From contig CM075994.1 in the NCBI GenBank assembly GCA_038087875.1, forward strand, positions 8,868,001 through 8,928,000: DNA of 60,000 nt, given 5' to 3'. The notes under the pieces were generated by a model. That model did no database searches. It saw nothing but the letters and a program-made list of their open reading frames with translations, and was not told the origin of the DNA. The position numbers and the translations under genes are program-made. The stretch comes from Malacoraja senta (lineage: Eukaryota). Below are positions 24,169 through 40,092 of this stretch, in pieces; position 1 is the first letter of the stretch, and each line of letters starts with the position of its first letter.

Positions 24169-24809
24169 GGTTTAGACCGAAGATAGACTGGAGTAACTCA
24201 GCGGGACAGGCAGCATCTCTGGAGAGAAGGAATAGGTGACGTTTTGGGTCGAGACCCTTCTTCAGTCCGTGAGTGGGAGACTCAGCGATAACATGTCGAC
24301 ATGTGATTACGTTTTATCTCTGTTTGCTTTGTTGTCACCTTCTCCGAGCTAACAATGAACTATTCTACATGTTCCTTTAGCTGCTTCTCTGTTGATGTCT
24401 CCTTTTCACACCTCACCCTTCCTTATCTCTGTGCCTCCCTCTCCCCCGACTCGCAGTCTGAAGAAGGCAACATCTCTGGAGAGAAAGAATGGGCGACGTT
24501 CGGGTCGAGACCCTTCTTCTAGTCTGAAGAAGGGTCTCGACCCGAAACGTCACCCATTCCTTCTCTCCGGAGATGCTGCCTGTCCCGCTGAGTTACTCCA
24601 GCTTTTTGTGTCTATCATCGGTTTAAACCAGCATCTGCAGTTCCTTCCTCCCCAGGTCTTTATAATGCCGACTTGCTGTTACTGACTGGGAGATTTCTTC
24701 TGTCACTAGGATTATGTCTATGGAGTGTGGGAGGAAACCGGAGTATCCGGAGAAAACCCACACGGTCACAGGGAGAACGTACAAACTCCGTAGTCAGAAT
24801 TAGGCAAAT

Positions 24810-25630
24810 TAGGGCACGGCCCAACTCGCCCACACCGGCCAACAATGTCCCAGCTACACTAGTCCCACCTGCCTGCGCTTGGTCCATAACCCTCCAAACC
24901 TGCCCTATCCATGTACCTGTCTAACTGTTTCTTAAACGGTGGAATAGTCCCAGCCTCAACTACCTCCTCTGGCAGCTTATTCCATACACCACCACCCTCT
25001 GTGTGAAAAAGGGTGGGAGGTGTATGGAACAAGAAAATGTTACCCCTCGGATTCTTATTAAATCTTTCCCTCTTCACCTTGAACCTATGTCCTCTGGTTC
25101 TTGATTCCCCTACTCCGGGCAAGAGACTCTGTGCATCTACCCGATCTATTCCACCCATGATTTTATACACCTCTATAAGATCACCCCTCATCCTCCTGCA
25201 CTCCATGGAATAGAGACCCAGCCTACTCAACCTTTCCCATAGCTCACACCCTCTAGTCCTGGCAACATCCTCATGAATTTTCTCTCAAGCCTTTCAAGTT
25301 TCCGATAACATGGTGCCCAGAACTGAACACAAGGAATTGCAGATGCTGGTTTCTGCCAAAGACACCAAATGCTGGAGTAACCCAATGGCATCTCTGGAAA
25401 ACATGCGTAGAAAGGAACTACAGATGCTGGTTTACACCGAAGATAAACACAAAATGCTGAGGTACACCTCTGTAAGATCACCCATCCTCCTATGCTCCAT
25501 GGAATAGAGACCCAGCCTACTCAACCTCTCCCTATAGCTCACACACTCTAGTCCTGGCAACATCCTCGTAAATCTTCTCTGTACCCTTTCATGCTTGACA
25601 ATATCTTTCCTATAACATGGTGCCCCGAAC
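24810..25630 (-). mobile_element. CR1 3' fragments (second CR1 family)
   Basis: RLGLYSME.RRMRGDLIEVYKIM.GIDRVD. Confidence 0.85.
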
Positions 25631-25649
25631 TAAACACAATATTCTAAAT

Positions 25650-26015
25650 GTTTAAGAAGGAACTGCAGATGCTGGAATAATCGAAGGTAGACAAAAATGC
25701 TGGAGAAACTCAGCGGGTGAGGCAGCATCTATGGAGCGAAGGAAATAGGCGACGTTTCGGGTCGAGACCCTTCTTCAGACTGATGTGGGGATGGTGGGGA
25801 TGGGGGGGAGGGGGAGAAGAAGAAAGGAAGAGGCGGAGACAGTGGGTTGTGGGAGAGCTGGGAGGGGAAAGAGGGAGAAAGCAGGGACTACCTGAAATTG
25901 GAGAAGTCAATGTTCATAACGCTGGGGTGTAAACTGCCCAAGCGAAATGTGAGGTGCTGCTCCTGCAATTTGCGGTGGGACTCACTTTGGCCATGGAGGA
26001 GGCCCAGGTCAGATT
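25650..26015 (-). mobile_element. Penelope-like 3' end abutting the gap
   Basis: Reverse complement of the GIY-YIG C-terminus, plus terminal repeat with hammerhead core. Confidence 0.85.
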
Positions 26016-26215
26016 NNNNNNNNNNNNNNNNNNNNNNNNNNNNNNNNNNNNNNNNNNNNNNNNNNNNNNNNNNNNNNNNNNNNNNNNNNNNNNNNNNNNN
26101 NNNNNNNNNNNNNNNNNNNNNNNNNNNNNNNNNNNNNNNNNNNNNNNNNNNNNNNNNNNNNNNNNNNNNNNNNNNNNNNNNNNNNNNNNNNNNNNNNNNN
26201 NNNNNNNNNNNNNNN
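26016..26215. other. Assembly gap (200 N)
   Basis: Run of n; round length typical of a scaffolding gap of unknown true size. Confidence 0.99.
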
Positions 26216-26259
26216 AGGAGGAGGGAGATGGGGACAAAGCTTTATCTCTCTCCCTCTCC

Positions 26260-27260
26260 CCTGATAAATGTCAGGTTATCCACTTTGGTAGCAAAAACAG
26301 GAAGCAGATTACTATCTAAATGGCTTCAAGTTGGGAAAAGGGGAAGTACAACGGGATCTGGGGGTCCTTGTACATCAGTCTATGAAAGTGAGCATGCAGG
26401 TACAGCAGGCAGTGTAGAAAGCGAATGGCATGTTGCCCTTTATAACAAGAGTAGTCGAGTATAGGGGCAAAGAGGTCCTTCTGCAGTTGTACAGAGCCCT
26501 AGTGAGACCACACCTGGAGTATTGTGTGCAGTTTTTGGTCCCCTAATTTGAGGAAGGACATTCTTGCTATTGAAGGAGTGCAGCATAGGTTCACAAGGTT
26601 AATTCCCGGGATGGCGGGACTGTCATATGCTGAGAGAATGGAGCGGCTGGGCTTGTATACTCTGGAGTTTAGAAGGATGAGAGGGGATCTCATTGAAACA
26701 TATAAGATTGTTAAGGGCTTGGACATGCTAGAGCCAGGAAACATGTTCCCGATGTTGGGGGAGTCCAGAACCAGGGGTCACACAGTTTAAGAATAAGGGG
26801 TAAGCCATTTAGAACGGAGACGAGGAAACACTTTTTCTCACACAGATTTGTGAATCTGTGGAATTCTCTGCCTTGTGGTTGAAAGGTGCTATACAAATAA
26901 ACTTGCCTTGCCTTGCCTTGCCTTAAAGATAGCGGAGTCAGGGGATATGGGGAGAAGGCAGGAACGGGGTACTGATTGGGGATGATCAGCCATGATCACA
27001 TTGAATAGCGGTGCTGGCTCGAAGGGCCAAATGGCCTACTCCTGCACCTATTGTCTATTGTCAGGATCGATCCGGTTCTTTGGATGCTTTCAAGAGAGAG
27101 CTTGATAGGGCTCTTAAAAATAGCGGAGTCAGGAGATATGGGGAGAAGGCAGGAACGGGGTACTGATTGGGGATGATCTGCCATGATCACATTGAATGTC
27201 GGTGCTGGCTCGAAGGGCCGAATGGCCTTACTGTTGCACCTATTGTCTATTGTCTATTGA
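26260..27260 (+). mobile_element. CR1 3' fragment with duplicated 3' end
   Basis: FWSPNLRKDILAIEGVQ; two consecutive 3'UTRs with (TATTGTC)n tails. Confidence 0.9.
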
Positions 27261-27814
27261 CTCTCAGTCTGAAGGAGGGCCTCGACCCGAAACGTCTCTC
27301 CAGAGATGCTGCCTGTCCCGCTGGGTTACTCCAGCATTTTGTGTCTATCTTCGATGTCACCCAGCATCTGCAGTTCCTTGGTACACAAGGGGGTAATCGT
27401 CCCTGCTATATTTCTACACACTGTGTCACGCGGAAACATCCTCAAATGAAACTAATTCAAAGTTGATCATTTTCAATGTAGCATTGTAATTCCGCTGACC
27501 TAGTCCTTTCATGTAAGTTGTTATTTCACAAGTGCAAATGAGGAAGGAACTGCAGATGCTGGTTCATACCGAAGATAGACACAACATGCTGGAGTCACTC
27601 AGCGGGTGAGGCAGCATCTCTGGAGAGAAGGAATGGGCGGCGTTACGGGTCAACGCCATTCTTCGGACTGAAGACCGAAGACTTCCGAAGTCTGAAGATG
27701 CGTCTCGACCCAAAACAATAGACAATAAACAATAGACTTTGCAAGAGTCTGTGGGATAAAACTGAGTTGTGAAAAAAAATTGCTTCCGTGTGAGGTCACA
27801 CACGTGACTAGTCG

Positions 27815-30160
27815 ATAGACAATAGACAATAGGTGCAGGAGTCGGCCTTCCAGCCCTTCGAGCCAGCACCGCCATTCAATGTGATCATGGCTGATCATCC
27901 CCAATCAGTACACCATTCCTGCCTTATCCCCATATCCCTTGACTATATCCCTATCTTTAAGAGCCCTATCTAGCTCTCTCTTGAAAGCATCCAGTTAACC
28001 CACCTCCACCGCCCTCTGAGGCAGAGAATTCCACACACTCACAACTCTCTGGGTGAAAAAGTGTTTCCTCGTCCCCGTTCTAAATGGCTCGCCCCTTATT
28101 CTTAAACTGTGTGGCCCCTGGTTCTGGACTCCCCCAACATCAGGAACATGTTTCCTGCCTCTAGCGTGTCCAAACCCTTAATAATCTTATATGTTTCAAT
28201 AAGATATCCTCTCATCCTTCTAAACTCCAGAGTGTACAAGCCCAGCCGCTCCATTCTCTCAGCATATGACAGCCCCGCCATCCCGGGAAACGTCACCCAT
28301 TCCTTCTCTCCATAGATGCTGCCTGTCCCGCTGAGTTTCTCCAGCAGTTTGTGTCTATCTTGTAATTTGTAGACTCCCCTTTCGTTCAAAGCAAAATGTG
28401 GTTTCGGAAAGTGAGTGTTACCACCAATGGCTGCCAACTCCCAACTTCAGTAAACCCTTGGAGAAAGCATTTTGTCAGAACTTTCTGTCCGCTTATAGAA
28501 CATAGCACTGACTCCATCTACACCTCGCGCTGCCTCGGCAAGGCCAGCAGCATAATCAAGGACCAGTCTCACCCCCCGGCCACTCCCTCTTCTCCCCTCT
28601 CCCATCGGGCAAGAGGTACAGAAGTGTGAAAACACACGCACACCTCCAGATTCAGAGACAGTTTGTTCCCAGCGGTTATCAGATAACTGCCTGATACAAT
28701 GCAGCCCTGATGGGGTGGCACAGCGGTAGAGTTGCCGCCTTACAGCACTTGCAGAGCCGGAGACCCGGGTTCGATCCCGACTACGGGTGCTGTCTGTAAG
28801 GAGTTTGTACGTTCTCCCCGTGACCTGCGTGGGTTTTCTCCGAGATCTTCCGTTTCCTCCCACACTCCAAAGACGTGCAGGTATGTAGTTTAATTGGCTT
28901 GGTGTTTGTGTGTAAAATTGTCCCTAGTGTGTGCGGGATAGTGTTAGTGTGCGGGGATCGCTGGTCGGTGCGGACTCAGTGGGCCGAAGGGCCTGTTTAC
29001 GTGCTGTATCTCTAAACTAAACTAAACGAAAGAGATAAATCAGCCATGATTGAATAGCGGAGTAGACTTGATGGGCTGAATGGTCTAATTCTTTTCCTAT
29101 CACTTACAGTATGACCTTAGACAATAGACAATCGACAATAGACAACAAGTGCAGGAGTAGGCCATTCGGCCCTTCGAGCCAGCACCGCCATTCAATGTGA
29201 TCAGGGCTGATCATCCCCAATCAGTACCCCGTTCCTGCCTTCTCCCCATATCCCCTGACTCCGCTATCTTTAAGAGCCCTGTCTAGCTTTCTCTTGAAAG
29301 TATCCGGAGAATAGTGAGGCAGAGAATTCCACAGACTCACAACTCTCTGTGAGAAAAAGTGTTTCCTCGTCTCCGTTCTAAATGGCTTACCCCTTATTCT
29401 TAAACTGTGTAACCTCTGGTTCTGGACTCCCCCAACATCGGGAACATGTTTCCTGCCTCCACCGCCCTCTGAGGCAGAGAATTCCACATACTCACCACTC
29501 TCTGTGAAAATGATGACATTTATGAATTATGAAAATTATCAAAGTTATGACATTATGACCTCATGATGCCAAGTTCAACTGATCTCATCTGCCTGTAGAT
29601 GATCCATATCCCTCTATTCCTTGCCTATGAAAAAGCTTCTTAAAACCATAATCATCTCTAGTAACCTTGATTGGTATAGAAACATAGAAACATAGAAAAT
29701 AGGTGCAGGAGTAGGCCATTCGGCCCTTCGAGCCTGCACCGCCATTCAATATGATCATGGCTGATATTCCAACTCAGTATCCCGTACCTGCCTTCTCTCC
29801 ATACCCCCTGATCCCTTTAGCCACAAGGGCCACATTTATCTCCCTCTTAAATATAGCCAATGAACTGGCCTCAACTACCTTCTGCGGCAGAGAATTCCAC
29901 AGATTCACCACTCTCTGTGTGAAAAATGATTTTCTCATCTCGGTCCTAAAAGACTTCCCCCTTATCCTTAAACTGTGACCCCTTGTTCTGGACTTCCCCA
30001 ACATCGGGAACAATCTTCCTGCATCTAGCCTGCCCAACCCCTTAAGAATCTTGTAAGTTTCTATAAGATCCCCTCAATCATCTAAATTCTAGCGAGTACA
30101 AGCCGAGTCTATCCAGTCTTTCTTCATATGAAAGTCCTGCCAACCCAGGAATCAGTCTGG
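27815..30160. mobile_element. Cluster: CR1 3' ends (-; 27815-28290, 29120-29505, 29677-30160), Rex1 piece (+; 28500-28690), HE1 SINE (+; 28710-29030)
   Basis: Sequence identity to the family copies described elsewhere in the window. Confidence 0.85.
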
Positions 30161-30999
30161 TATGGAAAGAATCAGCGCAGATTGGAGGAGCAGCACCTCA
30201 TATTTCGCTTGGGCAGCTTATACACCCCAGCGGTATAATTTGATTTCTCTAGCTTCAAGTAACCCTTGCTTTCCCTCTCTCTCCATCCCCTCCCCCACCC
30301 TAGTTTTCCGAATAGTCTCATTGTCCACCTGTTTAACTTTACCTATTGTATGCCTGGTTGTCACTTTCCGCTCAGCCAGCAATAATCCATTCTACATTTC
30401 CTTGATCATCATCTGCTTCTCAAACATCTGATTTGATCTGTTGTTTTCACACCTTGCCCTCATCCATATCTCCGTGTAGGGGTGGGCACTCTCCCCTGAC
30501 TCTCGGTCCAAAAGAGGGTCTCGACCCGAAACGTCACCCGTTCCTTCTCTCCAGAGATGACAATAGACAATAGGTGCAGGAGTAGGCCATTCGGCCCTGT
30601 GAGCCAGCACCGCCATTCAATCTGATCATGGGTGATCATCCCCAATCAGAACCCCGTTCCTGCCTTCAGAAGGTAGTTGAGGCCAGTTCATTGGCTATAT
30701 TTAAGAGGGAGTTAGATGTGGCCCTTGTGGCTAAAGGGAGCAGGGGGTATGGAGAGAAGGCAGGTACAGGATACTGAGTTGGATGATCAGCCATGATCAC
30801 ATTGAATGGCAGTGCAGGCTTGAAGGGCCGAATGGCCTACACCTGCACCTATTTTCTGTTTCTATGTTTCTATGTTTCTCCCCATATCCCCTGACTCCGC
30901 TATCTTTAAGAGCCCTATCTAGCTCTCTCTTGAAAGCATCCTGAGAATCGGCCTCCACCGCCCTCTGAGGCAGAGAATGCTGCCTGTCCCACTGAGTTC

Positions 31000-31312
31000 A
31001 GTTCAGTTTAGAGATACAGCATGGAAACAGTCCCTTTGGCCCACTGAGTCCGCGCCGACCAGCGATCCCCGCACACTAACACTATCCCGCACACACTAGG
31101 GTCAATTTTACACACACACACACAAACACACCAAGCCAATTAACCTACAAACCTGTACCTCTCTGGAGTGTGGGAGGAAACTGAAGATCTCGGAGAAAAC
31201 CCACGCAGGTCACGGGGAGAAAGTACAAACTCCGTACAGACGGCACCCGTAGTCGGGATTGAACCCGGGTCTCTGGCGCTGTGAGGCGGCAACTCTACCG
31301 CTGCGCCACCGT
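31000..31312 (-). mobile_element. HE1-like V-SINE
   Basis: A/B boxes, V-domain and CR1-type tail on the minus strand. Confidence 0.88.
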
Positions 31313-31394
31313 GACGTAATGTTACTCTCGCATTTTGTGGCTGTCCTTAGTGCTTTGCCCAGAGTTTGAATCCGTCCCTCCCCCCCTCCCTTAC

Positions 31395-31456
31395 CTTGTT
31401 GATAGCTTCCAGACGATCATCCTGTTGGGCCTTTAGGATTCCAAAGGCTTTTCCAC
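31395..31456 (-). CDS. AIF1: Allograft inflammatory factor 1, exon 2 (62 nt)
   Basis: Acceptor gtgtcag|GT GGA AAA GCC TTT GGA ATC CTA AAG GCC CAA CAG GAT GAT CGT CTG GAA GCT ATC AAC AAG|gtaagg encodes (G)GKAFGILKAQQDDRLEAINK; human AIF1 is GGKAFGLLKAQQEERLDEINK. Confidence 0.96.
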
Positions 31457-31999
31457 CTGACACGTTCAAAGGACATAAGTTAACAAGTGCAGGAAGGAAC
31501 CGCAGACTGAAGACGGAAACAAAATGCTGGAGTAACTCAGCGGGACAGGCAGCATCTCTGGAGAGAAGGAACGGGTGACGCTGAACCTACAACAAGAAGG
31601 GTCTCGACCCGAAACGTCACCCGTTCCTTCTCTCCAGAGATGCTGCCTGTCCCGCTGAGTTACTCCAGCTTTCTGTATCTACCTTTACAATAAATGACCT
31701 CGGTAAGTAAGTAAGTAAGTTTATTGGCCAAGTATTCACATACAAGGAATTTGCCTTGGTGCTCCGCCCACAGGTAACAACATGACATACAGTGACAGTT
31801 ACGAATGACTCAGAAAACACTAAACATGAATAATAATCAAACATTAATGATAAAACACCATTGATCAAGCATGTGAACCACCAAAATACCAGATCAAAGG
31901 GAGGCTACAGATCTTTGGCTGTTGAGTAGAGCAACTACTCGTGGATAAAAGCTGCTTTTTAAAAGTGTAGTTTTTAAGGGTTGTCGTAGGTGTGGTCTC

Positions 32000-32418
32000 T
32001 GTGGATTGCCACCTTGTCGTGGTGGAGAAGCTTGAGATCCTGGGAACGATGCCGTCTGGAGCGATGCTCCTGGTAGGGCTTCCCATGGCGGGAAAGTCGA
32101 GGGGGGAGGACTCGGACAGAGAGCGATCCAACCAAGACCTCAACGGTGGAACAGGCGGAGGACGATGGCTGACCCTAGTGGAGCGTCACAACGGCTGGGA
32201 AGGCGGATGAAGGCTGCAGCAGAAAAGGGTGTCCGGTCGTCTTGGACTCCATGCCCACTGGATCCTGACCCAGATCTGTCAAGGATCCCACGTGGGGTGG
32301 CTGTCTGTGCACCAGTCTCCCCACGTTAAACAAAGTCACGCACAGGCGTCCTCCATATAGGGAATAGGCACCCTGGAGGCACCTATGGTCAGCCACCACC
32401 GAGGGGGGCCTAAGAAGG
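32000..32418 (+). mobile_element. Non-autonomous RTE-related retroposon, family B (second copy)
   Basis: Colinear with 23757-24168 over its full length. Confidence 0.7.
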
Positions 32419-33589
32419 AGTTCGTTGGTGGACGTCCTAATGGGTCGCCGGTTGTCGGTAGCTTGCCGTGGCTTGCCGTCAACTAGGTGGTAGGTTGTTG
32501 TAGACATTGTCATGGGGGGGGGGGGTCCAATAGACAATAGACAATAGACAATAGACAATAGGCGCAGTAGGCCTTTCGGCCCTTCGAGCCAGCACCGCCA
32601 TTCAATGTGATCATGGCTGATCATCCCCAATCAGACCCCGTTCCTGCCTTCTCCCCATATCCCCTGACTCCACTATCTTTAAGAGCCCTATCTAGCTCTC
32701 TCTTGAAAGTATCCAGAGAACCTGCCTCCACCGCCCTCTGAGGCAGAGAATTCCACAGACTCACAACTCTCTGTGAGAAAAAGTGTTTCCTCGTCTCCGT
32801 TCTAAATGGTTTACCCCTTATTCTTGAACTGTGTGTGACCCCTGGTTCTGGACTCCCCCCCAACATCGGGAACATGTTTCCTGCCTCCAGCGTGTCCAAA
32901 CCCTTAACAATCTGATATGTTTCAATGAGATTCCTTCTCATCCTTCTAAACTCCAGAGTGTACAAGCCCAGCCGCTCCATTCTCTCAGCATATGACAGTC
33001 CCGCCATCCCGGGAATTAACCTTGTACAGTCGCCCACACAGTCGCCGGTTTTTCTAGCTATGACTGTCGCCGAAAAAAAATAGCCCAAGTGGGACAGGCC
33101 TCGGGGGTTTACACAGAGTGAAACCGTTCTGAAATGCTGGTTCGGAACTGTTTCACACTGTGTGTCAACCACCAGTACAGCTGCAGCCAGATGTGGCCCA
33201 GCGCGTGATTCAGGATGTGGTCCCTGTGCAACTTTCGGTCGGTCACAATCAGTCACAACTGCGGCTGCAAAACCGATTGTGCTGACCGATAGCGTTTTGG
33301 TATTGGTTTTAGTCAACGTGGTGACGGCAACCTCTCTGGGATGTTGAGTGGAGTCGAGGGTCAAGAGTATTTTATTGTCATATGTCCCAGGCAGAACAAT
33401 GCAATTCTTACTTGCAGCAGCACAACAGAATATGTAAACATAGTACACTGTGAACAATGTTATAAACGAGGAAAGAAAAAATAGTTCAGTATATAGATAT
33501 ATAAATATATTAAAAAACATGCAAATATAATATATCTCTATACACATATATACTGTATATGTATACATACATATATATATATATGCATT

Positions 33590-36511
<2,922 letters not shown>

Positions 36512-36624
36512 CACTCACATGCACAATCATAGTGAGCTTGGGGCAAGAGTTGTGGATTAGAATTTTGCTTTTAGAGTAGACCTGATGTCATGTTAGCTCG
36601 CTTTGCTGAAATGCTGAGACTTTT

Positions 36625-37150
<526 letters not shown>

Positions 37151-37154
37151 ACCC

Positions 37155-38880
37155 TTCGAGCCATTCAATGTGATCATGGCTGATCATCCCCAATCAGTAC
37201 CCCGTTCCTGCCTTCTCCCCATATCCCCCGACTCCGCTATCTTTAAGAGCCCTATCTAGCTCTCTCTTGAAAGTATCCAGAGAACCGGCCTCCACCGCCC
37301 TCTGAGGCAGAGAATTCCACTGACTCACCACTCTCTGTGAGAAAAAGTGTTTCCTCGTCTCCGTTCTAAATGGCTTACTCCTTATTCTTAAACCGTGGCC
37401 CCTGGTTCTGGACTTCCCCCAACATCGGGAACATGTTTCCTGCCTCTAGCAGGTCCAAACCCTTAACAATCTTATATGTTTCAATAAGATGCCCTCTCAT
37501 CCTTCTAAACTCCAGAGTGTACAAGCACAGCCGCTCCATTCTCTCAGCATATGACAGTCCAGCCATCCTGGGAACTAACCTTGTAAACCTACGCTGCGCT
37601 CCCTCAATAGCAAGAATGTCCTTCCTCAAATTAGGGGACGAGAACTGCACACAATACTCCAGGTGTGGTCTCACTAGGGCCCTGTACAACTGCAGAAGGA
37701 CCTCTTTGCTCCTATACTCAACTCCTCTTGTAACGAAGGCCAACATGCCATTCGCTTTCTTCACTGCCTGCTGTACGTGCATGCTTACTTTCATAGATGG
37801 ATGAACAAGGACCCCCCAGTTCCCGTTGTACTTCCCCATTTCTCAACTTGGCGCCAAAAGGACTGGAGAAGCTGTAAATCTAAAAGCTTTCAGTTTTACT
37901 CACTGGCCTTTGCCCCAATTATTTACCCCCCCGCCCCCACCCCCCCCCCCCATCACCTGTGTGTCTATAAGCACCTGTGGTAGTCATCTGTTCAAGTCCG
38001 CAGTTCCTTGTTTGTACAACAACATTTAAAAGACATTTGGACAGGTGCATGGATAGGACAGGTTTAGAAGGATATGGGCCATGGGATATGGGTTGTGGAT
38101 GGGACATGTTGGTCGGCATGCAACTTTGCAAAACTGTTTCAGAATGATATTTACTTCTCCAAAGTTGCTAATTTTGTTGTGAGTGGGATAAAAATAATTG
38201 GTCAACAGGTTGTCCTTCAAAATTTGAGACTTTGTGGCAACTATTTTTGCAGGCGGCGCGGAAAATTGGATGAACAAGAAAAAGTTATTTTTATTTTCAC
38301 TCTATTTTCCCCCTTGCATTTCTATATTGTCTGTGTTGTTTACCAAGACTTGAAAAAATGGAGGGAAACTTGAATCAATGCGAAAAGCTGGAGTAACTCA
38401 GAGGGTCAGGCAGCATCTCTGGAGAAAAGGAATGGGTGACGCTTCAATAGACAATAGACAATAGGTGCAGGAGTAGGCCATTTGCCCCTTTGAGCCAGCA
38501 CCGCCATTCAATGTGATCATGGCTGATCATCCCCAATTAGTACCCCTTTCCTGCCTTCTCCCCGTATCCCCTGACTCCGCAATCTTTAAGAGCTCTATCT
38601 AACTCTCTCTTGCAAGCATCCAGAAAATTGGCCTCCACCGCCCTCTGAGGCAGAGAATTCCACAGACTCACAACCCTCTGTGTGAAAAGTGTTTCCTCGT
38701 CTCCGTTCTAAATGACCTACCCCTTATTCTTAAGCTGTGGCCCCTTGTTCTGGACTCCCCCAACATTGGGAACCTGTTTCCTGCCTCTAGCGTGTCCAAA
38801 CCCTTAATAATCTTATATGTTTCAATAAGATGCCCTCTCATCCTTCTAAACTCCAGTGAATACAAGCCAAGCCGCTTCAT
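37155..38880 (-). mobile_element. CR1 3' fragments (37155-37810 and 38445-38880)
   Basis: QQAVKKANGMLAF...RPHLEYCVQF. Confidence 0.88.
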
Positions 38881-39049
38881 CTGTTTATTTATTGTGTGTA
38901 TATATGGTCTATGGTATATAGACACACTGAACTTTTATCTCCTGTTCTCTATTATGTTTACAATATTCTGTTGCGGTGCTGGCTCGAAGGGCCGAATGGC
39001 CTACTCCTGCACCTATTGTCTGTTGTCTAATGGTACACGGCACTGAAGT

Positions 39050-39790
39050 AGACATAATTGAACGCTTCAGTTCTCAAGGAGTAAATATCACCAGCATCTT
39101 CTCCTGGACCACCCATGTTGAAGCAGTGGCCAAAAGGCAGACCAACCCACCTACTTAGTACGTAGAAGGCTTCAATGTTCGAATGTCCCCAACAACTCTC
39201 ACCAACTTCTACAGATGCGCCGTAGAAAGCATTTTATCCGGATGCATCACAGCAAGATTTGGGAACAGCTCCGTCCAGGACCACAAGAAACTGCAGAGAG
39301 CTGTGGACGTAGCCCAGACCATCACACGCACAAACCCAACCTCCCATCCACTGACTCCATCTACACCTCACGCTGCCTCGTCAAGGCCAGCAGCCCAGAC
39401 CATCACACAAAGCAACCTCCCTTCCACTGACTCCATCTACACCTCACACTGCCTCGGCAAGGCCAGCAGCCCAGACCATCACACGGACAAACCCAACCTC
39501 CCTTCCACTGACTCCATCTACACCTCACGCTGCCTCGACAAGGCCAGCAGCCCAGACCATCACACACACAAACCAACCTCCCTTCCATCGACTCCATCTA
39601 CACCTCACGCTGCCTCGGCAAGGCCAGCAGCATAATCAAGGACCAGTCCCACCCCGGTCACTCCCTCAATCCCCCCCCTCTCCCATCGGGCAAGAGGTAC
39701 AGAAGTGTGAAAACGAACGCACACCTCCAGATTCAGAGACAGTTTCTTCCCAGCTGTTATCAGGCAACTGAACCGTCCTACCACAACCAG
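39050..39790 (+). mobile_element. Rex1/Babar 3' fragment with four internal tandem copies of a roughly 79-bp unit (39313-39630)
   Basis: TLTNFYRCAVESILSGCIT; repeated CCCAGACCATCACAC...CAAGGCCAGCAG. Confidence 0.85.
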
Positions 39791-40092
39791 AGAGCGGTGC
39801 TGAGCTACCTCATTGGAGACCCTTGGACTAACTTTAATCAGACATTACTGGCTTTACTTTGCATTAAACGTTATTCCTTTTATCATATATCTGTACACAG
39901 TGGACGGCTGGATTGTAAACATGAGTAGTCTTTCCGCTGACTGGTTAGCATGCAAGGAAAGCTTTCCACTGTATCTCGGTACACGTGACAATATACTGAA
40001 CTGAACCGAACCAAATCAAACTAAACGGAACTGAACTAAGTGTCTGAATTTTGGGAAAGTTTGCTTTATAAAGACAAGAGACAGGAAAGGAC

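Noticed and set aside
37957..37987. Alternative AIF1 exon 1 candidate (ATG ACT ACC ACA GGT GCT TAT AGA CAC ACA G|gtgatg)
   Set aside because: It is phase-compatible, but has a weaker donor, lacks the conserved Q before GGKAF, sits beside repeat-derived sequence and has no promoter motifs. 42004-42016 fits better.
39313..39630. Regularly spaced repeats superficially like a CRISPR array (also 45872-46330)
   Set aside because: The units are head-to-tail LINE-derived duplicates with no unique spacers, in a vertebrate context with no cas genes.
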